From: Candidatus Limnocylindria bacterium
GTDB lineage: Bacteria; Chloroflexota; Limnocylindria; QHBO01
NCBI GenBank assembly: GCA_038322875.1
Contig: JBBQGI010000005.1
Location: 1-47,690 of the forward strand
Reading direction: 5' to 3'
DNA: 47,690 nt
This document shows positions 10,126 to 19,108 of this stretch, piece by piece. Numbering within the stretch: position 1 is the stretch's first letter; every line of letters starts with the position of its first letter. The translations under genes and the position numbers were made by a program. The notes under the pieces are model-generated. The model searched no databases. It was not told the origin of the DNA and was given only the letters and a program-made list of their open reading frames with translations.

Positions 10126-10542
10126 TCACTTCACGAGGTGTGGATCGATCGACCGGGTGGCGAACCGGATGGCGGCTGGGTCGAGCGCGACCAGCTGCAG
10201 CTCCTGGCCCGCACGTACTGCGATGGAGGTCGGCGAGCGCGCCTCGCCGATCTGGAAGGTCAGCTGCTGCTGCTCGGCGCGCAGCTCGATGACCCGCGCC
10301 TGCAGGTCGTCGATCTGATAGCCGATCGCGGCGACGTGGGTCGACTGGCTCAGGTAGAAGAGACCGAGCCCAGCCGCGGCGGCGATCATCACCAGCACCG
10401 CCGAGATGCTGGTGATCGCGTCGCGTCGGGTTGCCAGCCGTCGAGGCTGAGCGCGGCGGCGTGGCGCTGGGCGCGTGCGAACCCGCGGTCGGCGTCGAAT
10501 GACACCGATGCCGGCCGCCGGGCGCGCCCCGATGATGGCCAT
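10126..10542 (-). CDS. ftsL: FtsL-like cell division protein
   Basis: Basic N-terminus, single TM, coiled coil (GYQIDDLQARVIELRAEQQQL), A..L.L end motif; lies directly upstream of ftsI. Confidence 0.7.
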   Translation of the reverse strand: MAIIGARPAAGIGVIRRRPRVRTRPAPRRRAQPRRLATRRDAITSISAVLVMIAAAAGLGLFYLSQSTHVAAIGYQIDDLQARVIELRAEQQQLTFQIGEARSPTSIAVRAGQELQLVALDPAAIRFATRSIDPHLVK

Positions 10543-10752
10543 CTAGGCGGCGCTTGCTCTGGCGCTGAGCCCAATGCCCCAGCCCGATGACGACTCGAAC
10601 TCCGGGCCATCCTCGGCCTCGTCGATGCCGACCTGCTCGATGGCATGGACGTCGTCGAGCTGCTGATGCAGCCGTCGCTCGCGCACGTCGCGCTGCCGGG
10701 GGCTGTACATGCGTCGGCGACTGGACTGATGGCGTGGACGTCCGCGGCTCAC
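10543..10752 (-). CDS. Small (69 aa) hypothetical protein inside the dcw operon
   Basis: Strong SD AAGGAGGG 6 nt before GTG at 10752. Translation MSRGRPRHQSSRRRMYSPRQRDVRERRLHQQLDDVHAIEQVGIDEAEDGPEFESSSGWGIGLSARASAA. Stop abuts the ftsL ATG. Confidence 0.65.
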   Translation of the reverse strand: MSRGRPRHQSSRRRMYSPRQRDVRERRLHQQLDDVHAIEQVGIDEAEDGPEFESSSGWGIGLSARASAA

Positions 10753-10774
10753 AGATGACCCTCCTTGCACTCGA

Positions 10775-11728
10775 CTACGCGCTCGCGGGCGCGAGCTTGA
10801 TGGCGGCTCGCAGCCGGGCGCTGCGGGCGCGTCGATTCCGGGCCACCTCAGCGGTGGTCGGGGTGATCCCCCGCTTGTGCACAGGGCGCAGCTGCGCCCT
10901 GTGGCCGCACAGGCAGATCGGGGGCAGAGGCTTCTCGACGCAGTCACGGCTCTCGCGAGCCATGAAGCGCTTCACGATGCGGTCCTCGCCGGAGTGGTAG
11001 CTGATCACCGCCAGGCGCCCGCCGGGGCGCAGGGCGGCAAGGGCGCCGGCCAGCGCCGGACCCAGGACCTCGAGCTCACGATTGACGGCGATGCGCAGTG
11101 CCTGGAATGTCCGCGTGGCCGGGTGGATGCGGCCGGCATCGGCTCGGCTGCTCGGGACCGCGTCCCCGACGACCTGCGACAGGTCGGCGGCGGTCATGAG
11201 CCGCCCTTCCGCACGCGCCGCCAGGATCGCCGTCGCGATGCGGCCTGCACGGCGTTCTTCACCAAACGTCGCGAGGATTCCGGCGAGCTCTCGCTGCGAC
11301 GATCGGTCGATGAGGTCGAGTGCCGATAGACCACGATCTTCATCGAATCTCATGTCCGGCGGCGCATCGGCCGCAAAGCTGAATCCGCGCTGTGGATCAG
11401 CCAGCTGATAGCTGCTGAGGCCAAGGTCGAAGAGGACGGCGTCGAGCGGGATGAGATCAGCGTCGCGCGCCTCGTCGTAGAGCGAGCCGAAGTTCGCCCG
11501 CCGCAGCACGACCCGATTCCCGAAGCGGGCAAGTGTTCGTTGCGCCTCCAAGATGGCCGCCTGATCGGCGTCGAGGCCGAGCAGGCGGCCATCCGGAGAC
11601 GAGGCCTCCAAGAGCCGCTCGGCGTGCCCACCGCCGCCGACGGTGCAGTCCGCGACGGAGCTGCCGGGATCCACCGCCAGCGAGGCAAGAACCTCGTCGA
11701 CGAGGACCGGCAGGTGCCCTTCTCCCAT
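10775..11728 (-). CDS. rsmH: 16S rRNA m4C1402 methyltransferase
   Basis: HLPVL, DCTVGGGGHA, DLGLSSYQL, RGFSF, DMR, HPATRTFQALRIAVNRE, ISYHSGEDRIVK, RARSARLR. Confidence 0.96.
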   Translation of the reverse strand: MGEGHLPVLVDEVLASLAVDPGSSVADCTVGGGGHAERLLEASSPDGRLLGLDADQAAILEAQRTLARFGNRVVLRRANFGSLYDEARDADLIPLDAVLFDLGLSSYQLADPQRGFSFAADAPPDMRFDEDRGLSALDLIDRSSQRELAGILATFGEERRAGRIATAILAARAEGRLMTAADLSQVVGDAVPSSRADAGRIHPATRTFQALRIAVNRELEVLGPALAGALAALRPGGRLAVISYHSGEDRIVKRFMARESRDCVEKPLPPICLCGHRAQLRPVHKRGITPTTAEVARNRRARSARLRAAIKLAPASA

Positions 11729-11820
11729 TCGCGGTTGCACCTTTCTTGTCGGACGACGGGCCGATCGACCCGGAGACGCATCAATAGAGGGATCGCGACG
11801 TGCGTCATCTCGTCGCGTCC

Positions 11821-12270
11821 TCAGATCCCGAGATCAGCTAGGTGTTCAGCGAGCGCCTCCGGCGCGTCTTCGATCCGGGCGCGATACGGCAGCCAGGCCG
11901 CCGGCGACCAGATCTCGAGTCGATTGAGGGCGCCGACCACCACGACCTCTCCCTCCGAGAGGCCTGCGTATTCGCGCAGGTAGCCGGGAACCAGGACCCG
12001 GCCCTGCTTGTCCAGCTCCACGTCAACCGCTCCGGAGGACATAAAGCGCCCGAACTCGCGTGCGTTGGCGTTGGTGAGGGGCAGAGACCGCAGCTTGGCC
12101 GCGAGCTCTTCCCATTCGTCGCGCGGGAACAGGCCGAGGCATTTGTCCAGCCAGCGAGCCAAGGTCGCTCCCTCGGCCAGGCGGGCCCGGAAGCGCACAG
12201 GGACAGCGACGCGACTGCGGTCGTCGAGCGTGTGCCGGAATTCGCCGGTGAGGAAGGAGGACGGTTGCAT
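11821..12270 (-). CDS. mraZ: Division/cell wall cluster transcriptional repressor MraZ
   Basis: GEFRHTLDDRSRVAVP, ELDKQGRVLVP, VVGALNRLEIW; first gene of the dcw cluster. Confidence 0.95.
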   Translation of the reverse strand: MQPSSFLTGEFRHTLDDRSRVAVPVRFRARLAEGATLARWLDKCLGLFPRDEWEELAAKLRSLPLTNANAREFGRFMSSGAVDVELDKQGRVLVPGYLREYAGLSEGEVVVVGALNRLEIWSPAAWLPYRARIEDAPEALAEHLADLGI

Positions 12271-12280
12271 GCGCGAGTTC

Positions 12281-12306
12281 TACCATTACGCCCCATTTGA
12301 CCCCAC
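12281..12306 (-). promoter_or_regulatory. MraZ-binding direct repeats
   Basis: Minus strand GTGGGG-N4-ATGGGG-N4-ATGGTA at exact 10-bp period just upstream of mraZ; matches the known GTGG(G)-type MraZ boxes. Confidence 0.7.
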
Positions 12307-12324
12307 TTTGGGCCACCGGGCGCC

Positions 12325-12352
12325 ATCATACAGGGCAAAGACCGTCCGTCAA
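12325..12352 (-). promoter_or_regulatory. Sigma70-type promoter of the dcw operon
   Basis: TTGACG (12352-12347), 16-nt spacer, TATGAT (12330-12325). Confidence 0.6.
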
Positions 12353-12455
12353 GGGATTTCGGTGCGAAGTTGGTGGGAAGATCGTCCTGGTACGCCGCGC
12401 AGGGACGTGCCGAATCGGCGCAGGGATGTGGTGGGCCGACTGCAGATTAGTCGGG

Positions 12456-13370
12456 TCAGATCTCGTCGTCGGGGAGGACGATGTAGCGCTCCTGCCCGTC
12501 GGAGCCGTGATAGACCTCGCGAATCAGGAACGGGCCGGAGTCACCGTGGATGTAGGAGAGGCCGGTGAAGAAGCCCGCCGAGGTGCGCCAGTGGAGGAGC
12601 CCATTCGGCGCTTCGATCCGATCCACGGGGGCCTTGGAGAAGCGGTTGTAGTTCGCCGTCTCCTGCCGTACTCGGTTTCCCGCCTCGTCGACCTCGAAGA
12701 GCGTGTTCTCGCCGGCGAGAACGGTCACCTCGTAGCCGACCAAGGTGTCGCCCGGCAATGGCGTCGGATCTGGCTTGGGCGTCTCGGGGAAGGGGGTCTG
12801 CGACGGAGCCGGCCCAATCGACGCCGACTCGCTCGGCGCCGAGGAAAGACTCGGGCTCGGCTCGATGGTTGCCAGCGGGGTGGGAGTGGGGTTGCTCGCC
12901 GTTCCGCCGTTCTTGAGGAACACGAAGGCACCGGCGGCGCTTGCCACGGCCAACAGCAGGATCGCCCCGACCAACAGTCCGCGCCGCCCTCCACCGCCGC
13001 CTTGAGCCGGGAGAGGCGGAGCCGGAGCGACGGGTGGCGCCGGCGGCCCGGCCGGGGGCAGGGGCCGTCGCAACGCCTCGAGCTCCTCGGTCGGGATCAC
13101 CAACACCCCGCGCAGGTAGCGTGGGCAGTGGCCGTAGCCGCGGCCCAGGCAGACCCGTTCCTGCTGTTCGACTGAGAGCTCGATTGGATCCCCGAAGGCA
13201 TAGCAGCGATGCTCCCGGGTGAATCCGTCGTGGTACTCGGTCTGGGAGCTGGCGAGACCCAGGAAGGGGCAGATGTTCTGTGGCCGCTTGGCGAGTTCCT
13301 CGAACAGCGCGCGCCGACTCAGCTCCCGCTCAGCTTCGTCGCGGTTCTCCCGGTTTCGACGGCCGAACAA
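12456..13370 (-). CDS. Bitopic membrane protein with N-terminal Cys/His motif
   Basis: CPFLGL...HRC...CL...HCPRY motif, Pro-rich linker, TM (LLVGAILLLAVASAAGAFVFL), P/T/S linker, C-terminal globular domain. TTG start with GAGGT upstream. Confidence 0.8.
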   Translation of the reverse strand: MFGRRNRENRDEAERELSRRALFEELAKRPQNICPFLGLASSQTEYHDGFTREHRCYAFGDPIELSVEQQERVCLGRGYGHCPRYLRGVLVIPTEELEALRRPLPPAGPPAPPVAPAPPLPAQGGGGGRRGLLVGAILLLAVASAAGAFVFLKNGGTASNPTPTPLATIEPSPSLSSAPSESASIGPAPSQTPFPETPKPDPTPLPGDTLVGYEVTVLAGENTLFEVDEAGNRVRQETANYNRFSKAPVDRIEAPNGLLHWRTSAGFFTGLSYIHGDSGPFLIREVYHGSDGQERYIVLPDDEI

Positions 13371-13562
13371 TCTCGCGCGACCTCGTCTCTCGTGCCGATC
13401 AGGCGCCCTGCCCCCCGATCGAGTGTAGCGCCGCGTGCGATCGTCGGCGTATCAACCAGCCGGGGTGGTACCAACGTGTCATTGAGCGCGATGCCGGTTC
13501 CTCAGTACGCTGACTCGCGATCGGTCGCCCCGTACCGGTTGCGAAGGGGAAGGTCGACACAG

Positions 13563-13799
13563 ATGGCGGTTGAGCCGCTGATCCCGGGCTCGCGACTCCC
13601 GATCCCCCGCCAGGGGCGGATCCGGCGTTGCCGCGTGCGCCATGTTTCGATCCTGCCGGCCGGCGACGGTCCGCGCGTGCAGGTCGACTGCCTCCTTGGC
13701 GGTCTCGAGCACCCCCTCTCCCTGGGCACCATGGAGGAGGCGCGGGAGATCTGCAACGCCTGCACCGCGACCACCATCTGGCGGGCCGACGAGGACTAG
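13563..13799 (+). CDS. Small 4-Cys hypothetical protein (78 aa)
   Basis: ATG at 13563 after GAAGGGGAAGG. MAVEPLIPGSRLPIPRQGRIRRCRVRHVS...VDCLLGG...EICNACTATTIWRADED. Confidence 0.7.
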   Translation: MAVEPLIPGSRLPIPRQGRIRRCRVRHVSILPAGDGPRVQVDCLLGGLEHPLSLGTMEEAREICNACTATTIWRADED

Positions 13800-13846
13800 A
13801 CCTCGTTCCGGAGAGACGGACTCGCGCACCACGTCGCGAGGAGATC

Positions 13847-14170
13847 CCTGGAGAGCGGCCTGTAAGCCGAGTTCTGTGCCGGCACCCGAGGGTGCCGCGA
13901 CGGCCATCCATCTGAGCGACCTACCCGAGGGCTGAGCGAGCCGCCTGCTGCGGCGCGATCGCCGCCTTGCGCCCTCCTATTCGGTCTTGCTCCGGCTCGA
14001 GCTTGCCGCGTTTCACTCCCACTCGCGAACGAGCGGGCATCGTCACTGTGGCGCTGGTCCTCGCCTCACGGCGGACGGGCGTTACCCGCGAACCTGCTCT
14101 ATGGAGCTCGGACTTTCCTCGGACGCCGCCTTTCGACGATCGCGTCCGCGGCCGTCCAGCCGCCTCCAGG
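13847..14170 (-). ncRNA. rnpB: RNase P RNA
   Basis: Conserved GAGGAAAGUCCGAGC (5' P4) and ACAGAACUCGGCUUACAGGCC (3' P4). P1 formed by CCUGGAGGCGGCU with GGCCGCUCUCCAGG. TAGACT -10 hexamer at 14183-14178. Confidence 0.95.
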
Positions 14171-14205
14171 GACCGACAGTCTAGCCTGACCGATGCCGAA
14201 CCCGG

Positions 14206-14631
14206 CTAGCGCAGCTCGTCGACCGCGACGTTCGAGAGGCGGTCGGCGTCCTTGTTCAGCTCTCGTGGCACGTGGCCGACGGTGTACCCGGCGAGCTTCG
14301 CGAGCATCGCCATCACGCTGGCATGGATCGGCTTCAGGTCCGGGTGCTTGACCCGGTAGCGCCCGCTGATCTGCCGCGCGACGAGCTCCGAGTCCATGCG
14401 CAGGTCCACATGCGTGGCGCCGAGGCGCAGGGCCTCGCCCAACGCGTCCTCGACCGCGGTCCACTCGGCGTAGTTGTTGGTCCGGATGCCCAGGAAGCGG
14501 GCCAGTTCGGCGACCACCTCGCCACTCTCGGCATCGCGCAGGATGGCACCAAGCCCGGCCGGCCCGGGATTACCGCGAGCGGCGCCATCAGTGTAGATAA
14601 GGAGACGGCGCCCGCCCGCCGCATCGCTCAC
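14206..14631 (-). CDS. rnhA: Ribonuclease HI family protein (archaeal-like/RNase_HI_like)
   Basis: IYTDGAARGNPGPAG, TNNYAEW, MDSELVARQISGRYRVK, HVPRELNKDADRLSN. GTGA overlap with sdhB stop. Confidence 0.9.
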   Translation of the reverse strand: MSDAAGGRRLLIYTDGAARGNPGPAGLGAILRDAESGEVVAELARFLGIRTNNYAEWTAVEDALGEALRLGATHVDLRMDSELVARQISGRYRVKHPDLKPIHASVMAMLAKLAGYTVGHVPRELNKDADRLSNVAVDELR

Positions 14632-15329
14632 CGCTGCCCCGATTCGATCGCCCGCGTGACCTCCATGATCGCCCGGGTGATGTTGATGCCGCGGGGGCAG
14701 GCTTCGACGCAGTTGAAGATCGTCCGGCAGCGCCACACCCCATCGGCGTCGGCCATGATCTCGAGCCGCTCCTCGGTCGCATGGTCGCGACTGTCGAAGA
14801 TGAACCGATGGGCATTGACGATCGCCGCCGGCCCGACGTAGTCGGGGTTCGACCAGAACGATGGGCAGGCGGTCGTGCAGGCGCCGCACAGGATGCACTT
14901 GCTCGTGTCCTCGAACCGCTCGCGCTCCTCCTGCGACTGGCGACGCTCCTTGCCGTCGGCCGGGATCTCGTCGTTGACGAGATAGGGCATGACGGATCGG
15001 TACTTCTCCCAGAACCCGTCGAGATCGATCAGCAGATCCTTGATGACGCGCGTGCCGCGCACCGGCTCGACGCTGATCTCCATCCCGGCGTCCTTGACGA
15101 GGTACTCGCAGGCAAGTCGATTGCGGCCGTTGATCAGCATCGCGTCGGAGCCGCAGACGCCATGCGCGCATGACCTCCGAAAGGTGAGGGTCCCGTCCTG
15201 GTACCACTTCACCTGGTGCAGCAGGTCGAGCACCCGGTCAGACGGCTCGGCGGGCACCGCATAGGTCTCCCAATGCGGCAGCGTGTCTCGCTCCGGGTCG
15301 AAGCGCAGGATGCGCAGTTGCACGTCCAT
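14628..15329 (-). CDS. sdhB: Succinate dehydrogenase iron-sulfur subunit
   Basis: SCAHGVCGSD, CILCGACTTACP, CRTIFNCVEACP. Confidence 0.96.
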   Translation of the reverse strand: MDVQLRILRFDPERDTLPHWETYAVPAEPSDRVLDLLHQVKWYQDGTLTFRRSCAHGVCGSDAMLINGRNRLACEYLVKDAGMEISVEPVRGTRVIKDLLIDLDGFWEKYRSVMPYLVNDEIPADGKERRQSQEERERFEDTSKCILCGACTTACPSFWSNPDYVGPAAIVNAHRFIFDSRDHATEERLEIMADADGVWRCRTIFNCVEACPRGINITRAIMEVTRAIESGQR

Positions 15330-15332
15330 CGG

Positions 15333-17126
15333 TCAGTAGGTCCGCGGCTTCGGTTCGAAGCGCGTGATCGTCGCGGGCCTATAGGCCAGGCGCGGTGGGG
15401 CGCCATCGGACCAGCGAAACGCGAAGGTGTGCTTGAGCCAGTTCACGTCGTCGCGATCCGGGTAGTCCTCGCGCGCGTGCGCGCCTCGGCTCTCGGTGCG
15501 GGCCTGCGCCGAGCGCACGGTCGCCTCGGCGCAATCGAGCAGGAACCCGAGCTCGAGCGCCTCCCCAAGGTCGGTGTTGTACTGGCAGCCCTTGTCCTGC
15601 ACCACCAGGTGCCGGGACCGCTCCCGCAGCGCCCGCACCTCTTCCCAGGCCTGGTCAAGGAGCGGCGCCGAGCGATAGACACTGCATCGCGCGAACATGG
15701 TCTCCTGGAGCTCCCCGCGGATGACCGCCGCGCGTTCCCCGTCGTCCCGCGCCAGGAGCTCGGCGATCTCGTCGTAGACCGATGCCTCGGCGCCCGGATC
15801 GGGCTCGGGCGCGTCTGCCCGACGCACCTCCTCGGCCATGGCGATCCCCGCCCGACGCCCGAAGACCAGGATGTCGAGCAGCGAATTCGTGCCGAGGCGG
15901 TTGGCGCCGTGCACGCTGACGCAGGCGCACTCCCCGGCGGCGTAGAAGCCGGGCACCAGGCGGCCGGTCTCATCCGCCAGGACGTGGCCGTCGATATCCG
16001 TCGGGATGCCGCCCATGGCGTAGTGCGCGGTCGGCTGGATCGGGACGAGCTCGGTGAGCGGATCGAGGCCGAAGTAGGTGCGGATGAAGCCGCTCATGTC
16101 GGGCAGCTTCTCGTTGAGCACCTTGGCCCCCAGGTGGCGGACGTCGAGATGGACGTAGTCCTGGCCGTCGACGCCCCGACCGGCCGCGACCTCCTGGTAG
16201 ATGCTCCGGCTCACCACGTCACGGCTGGCGAGATCCTTCATGGTCGGGGCATAGCGCTCCATGAAGCGCTCACCCAGGCCATTGACCAGGAAGCCGCCTT
16301 CGCCCCGCATCGCCTCGGACAGCAGGAAGCCGAGCCGATACATGCCGGTCGGATGGAACTGGAAGAACTCCATATCCTCGAGCGGCAGGCCGCGGCGGTA
16401 GACGATCGCCACGCCGTCGCCGGTGAGGGTGTGCGCGTTGCTCGTCACCTTGAACATCTTGCCGAAGCCACCGGTCGCGAAGAGGACCGCCTTCGCCCGG
16501 AAGGAGTGGATCTCACCGGTCGCCAGCTGCATCGCGACGACGCCGGTGACCGGCCCGGTCGCCCCCTCCGGCATCGCAAGGTCAAGGACCTGGAACTCGT
16601 CGTAGAAGAGCACCTCGTGTTTGATGCATTGCTGGAAGAGGGTCTGCAGGATCTCGTGCCCGGTGCGATCTGCGGAGAAGCAGGCGCGGCGCACCGGTCC
16701 CTCGCCGAAGTTGCGCGTGTGGCCGCCGAAACGACGCTGGTCGATCAGCCCCTCCGGCGTGCGATTGAAGGGAAGGCCCAGGTGCTCGAGGTTGATCACG
16801 GTCCCGACCGCGTCACGGCACATCACCTCGGCGGCATCCTGGTCGACCAGGTAGTCGCCGCCCTTGACGGTATCGAACCAGTGCCACTCCCAGTTGTCCT
16901 CCTCGGTGTTGCCGAGCGCGGCGCAGACCCCCCCCTGGGCAGCTCCGGTGTGCGAGCGCGAGGGGTAGAGCTTGCTGATCACGCCGATGCGAGCTTCCGG
17001 TCCAAGTTCCTTCTTCAGCTCGAGCGCCGCATACAGACCAGCCCCGCCGGCGCCGACCACCACCGCATCCAGGTCGTGCGTCCTCGGACGCGGACGGGTG
17101 CCGGCGGAGGTGCGAGCCAGGGTCAT
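15333..17126 (-). CDS. sdhA: Succinate dehydrogenase flavoprotein subunit
   Basis: [56 protein letters not shown]. Confidence 0.97.
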   Translation of the reverse strand: MTLARTSAGTRPRPRTHDLDAVVVGAGGAGLYAALELKKELGPEARIGVISKLYPSRSHTGAAQGGVCAALGNTEEDNWEWHWFDTVKGGDYLVDQDAAEVMCRDAVGTVINLEHLGLPFNRTPEGLIDQRRFGGHTRNFGEGPVRRACFSADRTGHEILQTLFQQCIKHEVLFYDEFQVLDLAMPEGATGPVTGVVAMQLATGEIHSFRAKAVLFATGGFGKMFKVTSNAHTLTGDGVAIVYRRGLPLEDMEFFQFHPTGMYRLGFLLSEAMRGEGGFLVNGLGERFMERYAPTMKDLASRDVVSRSIYQEVAAGRGVDGQDYVHLDVRHLGAKVLNEKLPDMSGFIRTYFGLDPLTELVPIQPTAHYAMGGIPTDIDGHVLADETGRLVPGFYAAGECACVSVHGANRLGTNSLLDILVFGRRAGIAMAEEVRRADAPEPDPGAEASVYDEIAELLARDDGERAAVIRGELQETMFARCSVYRSAPLLDQAWEEVRALRERSRHLVVQDKGCQYNTDLGEALELGFLLDCAEATVRSAQARTESRGAHAREDYPDRDDVNWLKHTFAFRWSDGAPPRLAYRPATITRFEPKPRTY

Positions 17127-17584
17127 GAGAAGGGACCGATGGCCGGGGCGCCGTTGGGATCGAAGGTGAGGATGACGAAGATGCCGAGCAGCAGCCAGAC
17201 GAAGGTGATCAGGAGCAGGAAGCCGACCAGCAGACTTCGCAGGCCGCCGCGCTCGACGTAGTCACCGATGATGATCCGCGCGCCGTTCACGCCATGCACC
17301 AGCGCCAGCACCAGCAGCGCCAAGTCGTAGATCCGCCAGAACGGGGTCCCCCAGCGGCTCGTGACGAAGGCGAAGCTGATCTCCTGGCCGGTCAGCTGCA
17401 CGAGCACATGCATGATCAGCATGTGGCCCATCGCCAGGATCACGAGCAGCAGGCCGCTGATGCGCGTGAAGTACCACATCCAGCGTTCGAAGCCGGGTTC
17501 GGAAGGCCGCACCCGGGCCGCGCGCGAAGGGTTGCGACGCAGCGGGTCGCCCTGCACCGGCCAGATCTTGCGCCCGATCGCCAT
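17123..17584 (-). CDS. sdhD: Succinate dehydrogenase hydrophobic anchor subunit
   Basis: [20 protein letters not shown], three TM helices. TGATG overlap with sdhC. Confidence 0.88.
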   Translation of the reverse strand: MAIGRKIWPVQGDPLRRNPSRAARVRPSEPGFERWMWYFTRISGLLLVILAMGHMLIMHVLVQLTGQEISFAFVTSRWGTPFWRIYDLALLVLALVHGVNGARIIIGDYVERGGLRSLLVGFLLLITFVWLLLGIFVILTFDPNGAPAIGPFS

Positions 17585-17952
17585 CAGCGGCCGTTCCACG
17601 GGGCGTAGGGCGTGATCATGATCAGGCCGAGCGGAATCATCGCGACCACGGTGCCGACGATCACGGCGTAGGTGAGCTGCCGGTACCAGGCCGTGGTCGC
17701 CGGCCAGAAGTCCAAGGCGATCACCCGCAGCCCGTTGAGCGAGTGGTAGACCAGCGCCGCCATCAGGAGGATCTCGCCGAGCCGCACCGGGAGGTTGCGG
17801 AAGAAGGTCTGGGTTGTGTCATAGACGCCTGGCCCGAAGGCCAGCGTGGCGTTCTCGACGATGTGCATGAACACGTAGACCAGGACGCCGATCCCCGACA
17901 GCCGATGGCCGAGCCAGGCCAGCTGCGACCAGCTGATGCGGTAACCGAACAT
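17584..17952 (-). CDS. sdhC: Succinate dehydrogenase cytochrome b subunit
   Basis: HRLSG, FMHI, YHSLNGLRVIALDFWP. Confidence 0.9.
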   Translation of the reverse strand: MFGYRISWSQLAWLGHRLSGIGVLVYVFMHIVENATLAFGPGVYDTTQTFFRNLPVRLGEILLMAALVYHSLNGLRVIALDFWPATTAWYRQLTYAVIVGTVVAMIPLGLIMITPYAPWNGR

Positions 17953-17960
17953 GGCTGCGC

Positions 17961-18971
17961 TCAGGCTCCGCGAACGCGCTCCGCAACGGCCGAGGCGAAC
18001 TCGCGGGTCCCCGCGCTCCCGCCCAGGTCATGCGTCGTCGTCCTGCCCTCGGCGATCACGCCGCGCACCGCCGATTCGACCCGGTCGGCGGCCGAGGTCT
18101 CTCCGAGGTGGCGAAGCATCAGCGCCGAGGAGAGGATGAGGGCGGTCGGATTCGCCCGATCCTGGCCGGCGTACTTAGGGGCCGAGCCGTGCACCGCCTC
18201 GAAGACGGCGGCACGCTCACCGATGTTCGAGCCCGGCGCCACGCCGAGGCCGCCAACCAGGCCCGCCGCGAGGTCGCTGACGATGTCGCCATACAGGTTG
18301 GGCAGGACGAGGACGTCGTACAGCTCCGGCTTCTGCACCAGCTGCATGCACATGTTGTCCACGATGCGGTCCTCGAACTCGACGTGCCCCGCGTACTCGG
18401 CGGCGACCTGCCCGCAGCTCTCCAGGAAGAGGCCGTCGGAGAGCTTCATGATGTTCGCCTTGTGCACCGCGGTCACCTTGCGCCGTCCGTTGCGGACCGC
18501 GTACTCGAAGGCATACCGCGCAATGCGCTGGCTGGCGGCACGAGTGATGATCTTGATGCTCTCGGCCGCGTCGGGCCCGACCCGGTGCTCGATGCCGGCA
18601 TACAGGTCCTCCGTGTTCTCCCGCACGATGATCAGGTCGACATCGGTGTAGCGCGACGCGACGCCGATCATGGAGCGCGCCGGCCGAACGTTGGCGTACA
18701 GCTCGAGCGCAATCCGCAGCCCCACGTTCACGCTGCGGAAGCCGCCGCCGACCGGGGTCGTGATCGGGCCCTTGATCGCCACGCCGTTACGCCGGATGCT
18801 CTCGATCACCCGCTCGGGCAGCGGCGTGCCCTCGGCGGCGATGGTCGCCTCGCCGGCCTGCTGCACCTCCCACGCGAAGTCGATGCCGGTCGCCTCCAGG
18901 ACGCCGACCGTCGCCTCGGTCAGTTCGGGGCCGATCCCATCGCCCGGGATCAGGGTGACGGTGTAGGTCAC
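17961..18971 (-). CDS. icd: Isocitrate dehydrogenase (short isocitrate/isopropylmalate DH family)
   Basis: [23 protein letters not shown] (isocitrate S/N), [35 protein letters not shown] start at 18971. Confidence 0.85.
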   Translation of the reverse strand: MTYTVTLIPGDGIGPELTEATVGVLEATGIDFAWEVQQAGEATIAAEGTPLPERVIESIRRNGVAIKGPITTPVGGGFRSVNVGLRIALELYANVRPARSMIGVASRYTDVDLIIVRENTEDLYAGIEHRVGPDAAESIKIITRAASQRIARYAFEYAVRNGRRKVTAVHKANIMKLSDGLFLESCGQVAAEYAGHVEFEDRIVDNMCMQLVQKPELYDVLVLPNLYGDIVSDLAAGLVGGLGVAPGSNIGERAAVFEAVHGSAPKYAGQDRANPTALILSSALMLRHLGETSAADRVESAVRGVIAEGRTTTHDLGGSAGTREFASAVAERVRGA

Positions 18972-19108
18972 GGGGGCGGTGCTCCGGTGCGCGCCGGTCA
19001 CAGCGCCGGCAGTGCCCGGGCAGTGTAGGTCGAGGGCCTTCCGGGCGTCGGCCGATCCACCGCGCGTCGCCGTACCATCGGTGCGCATCGCCGCCGTAGA
19101 CTCTGGGC

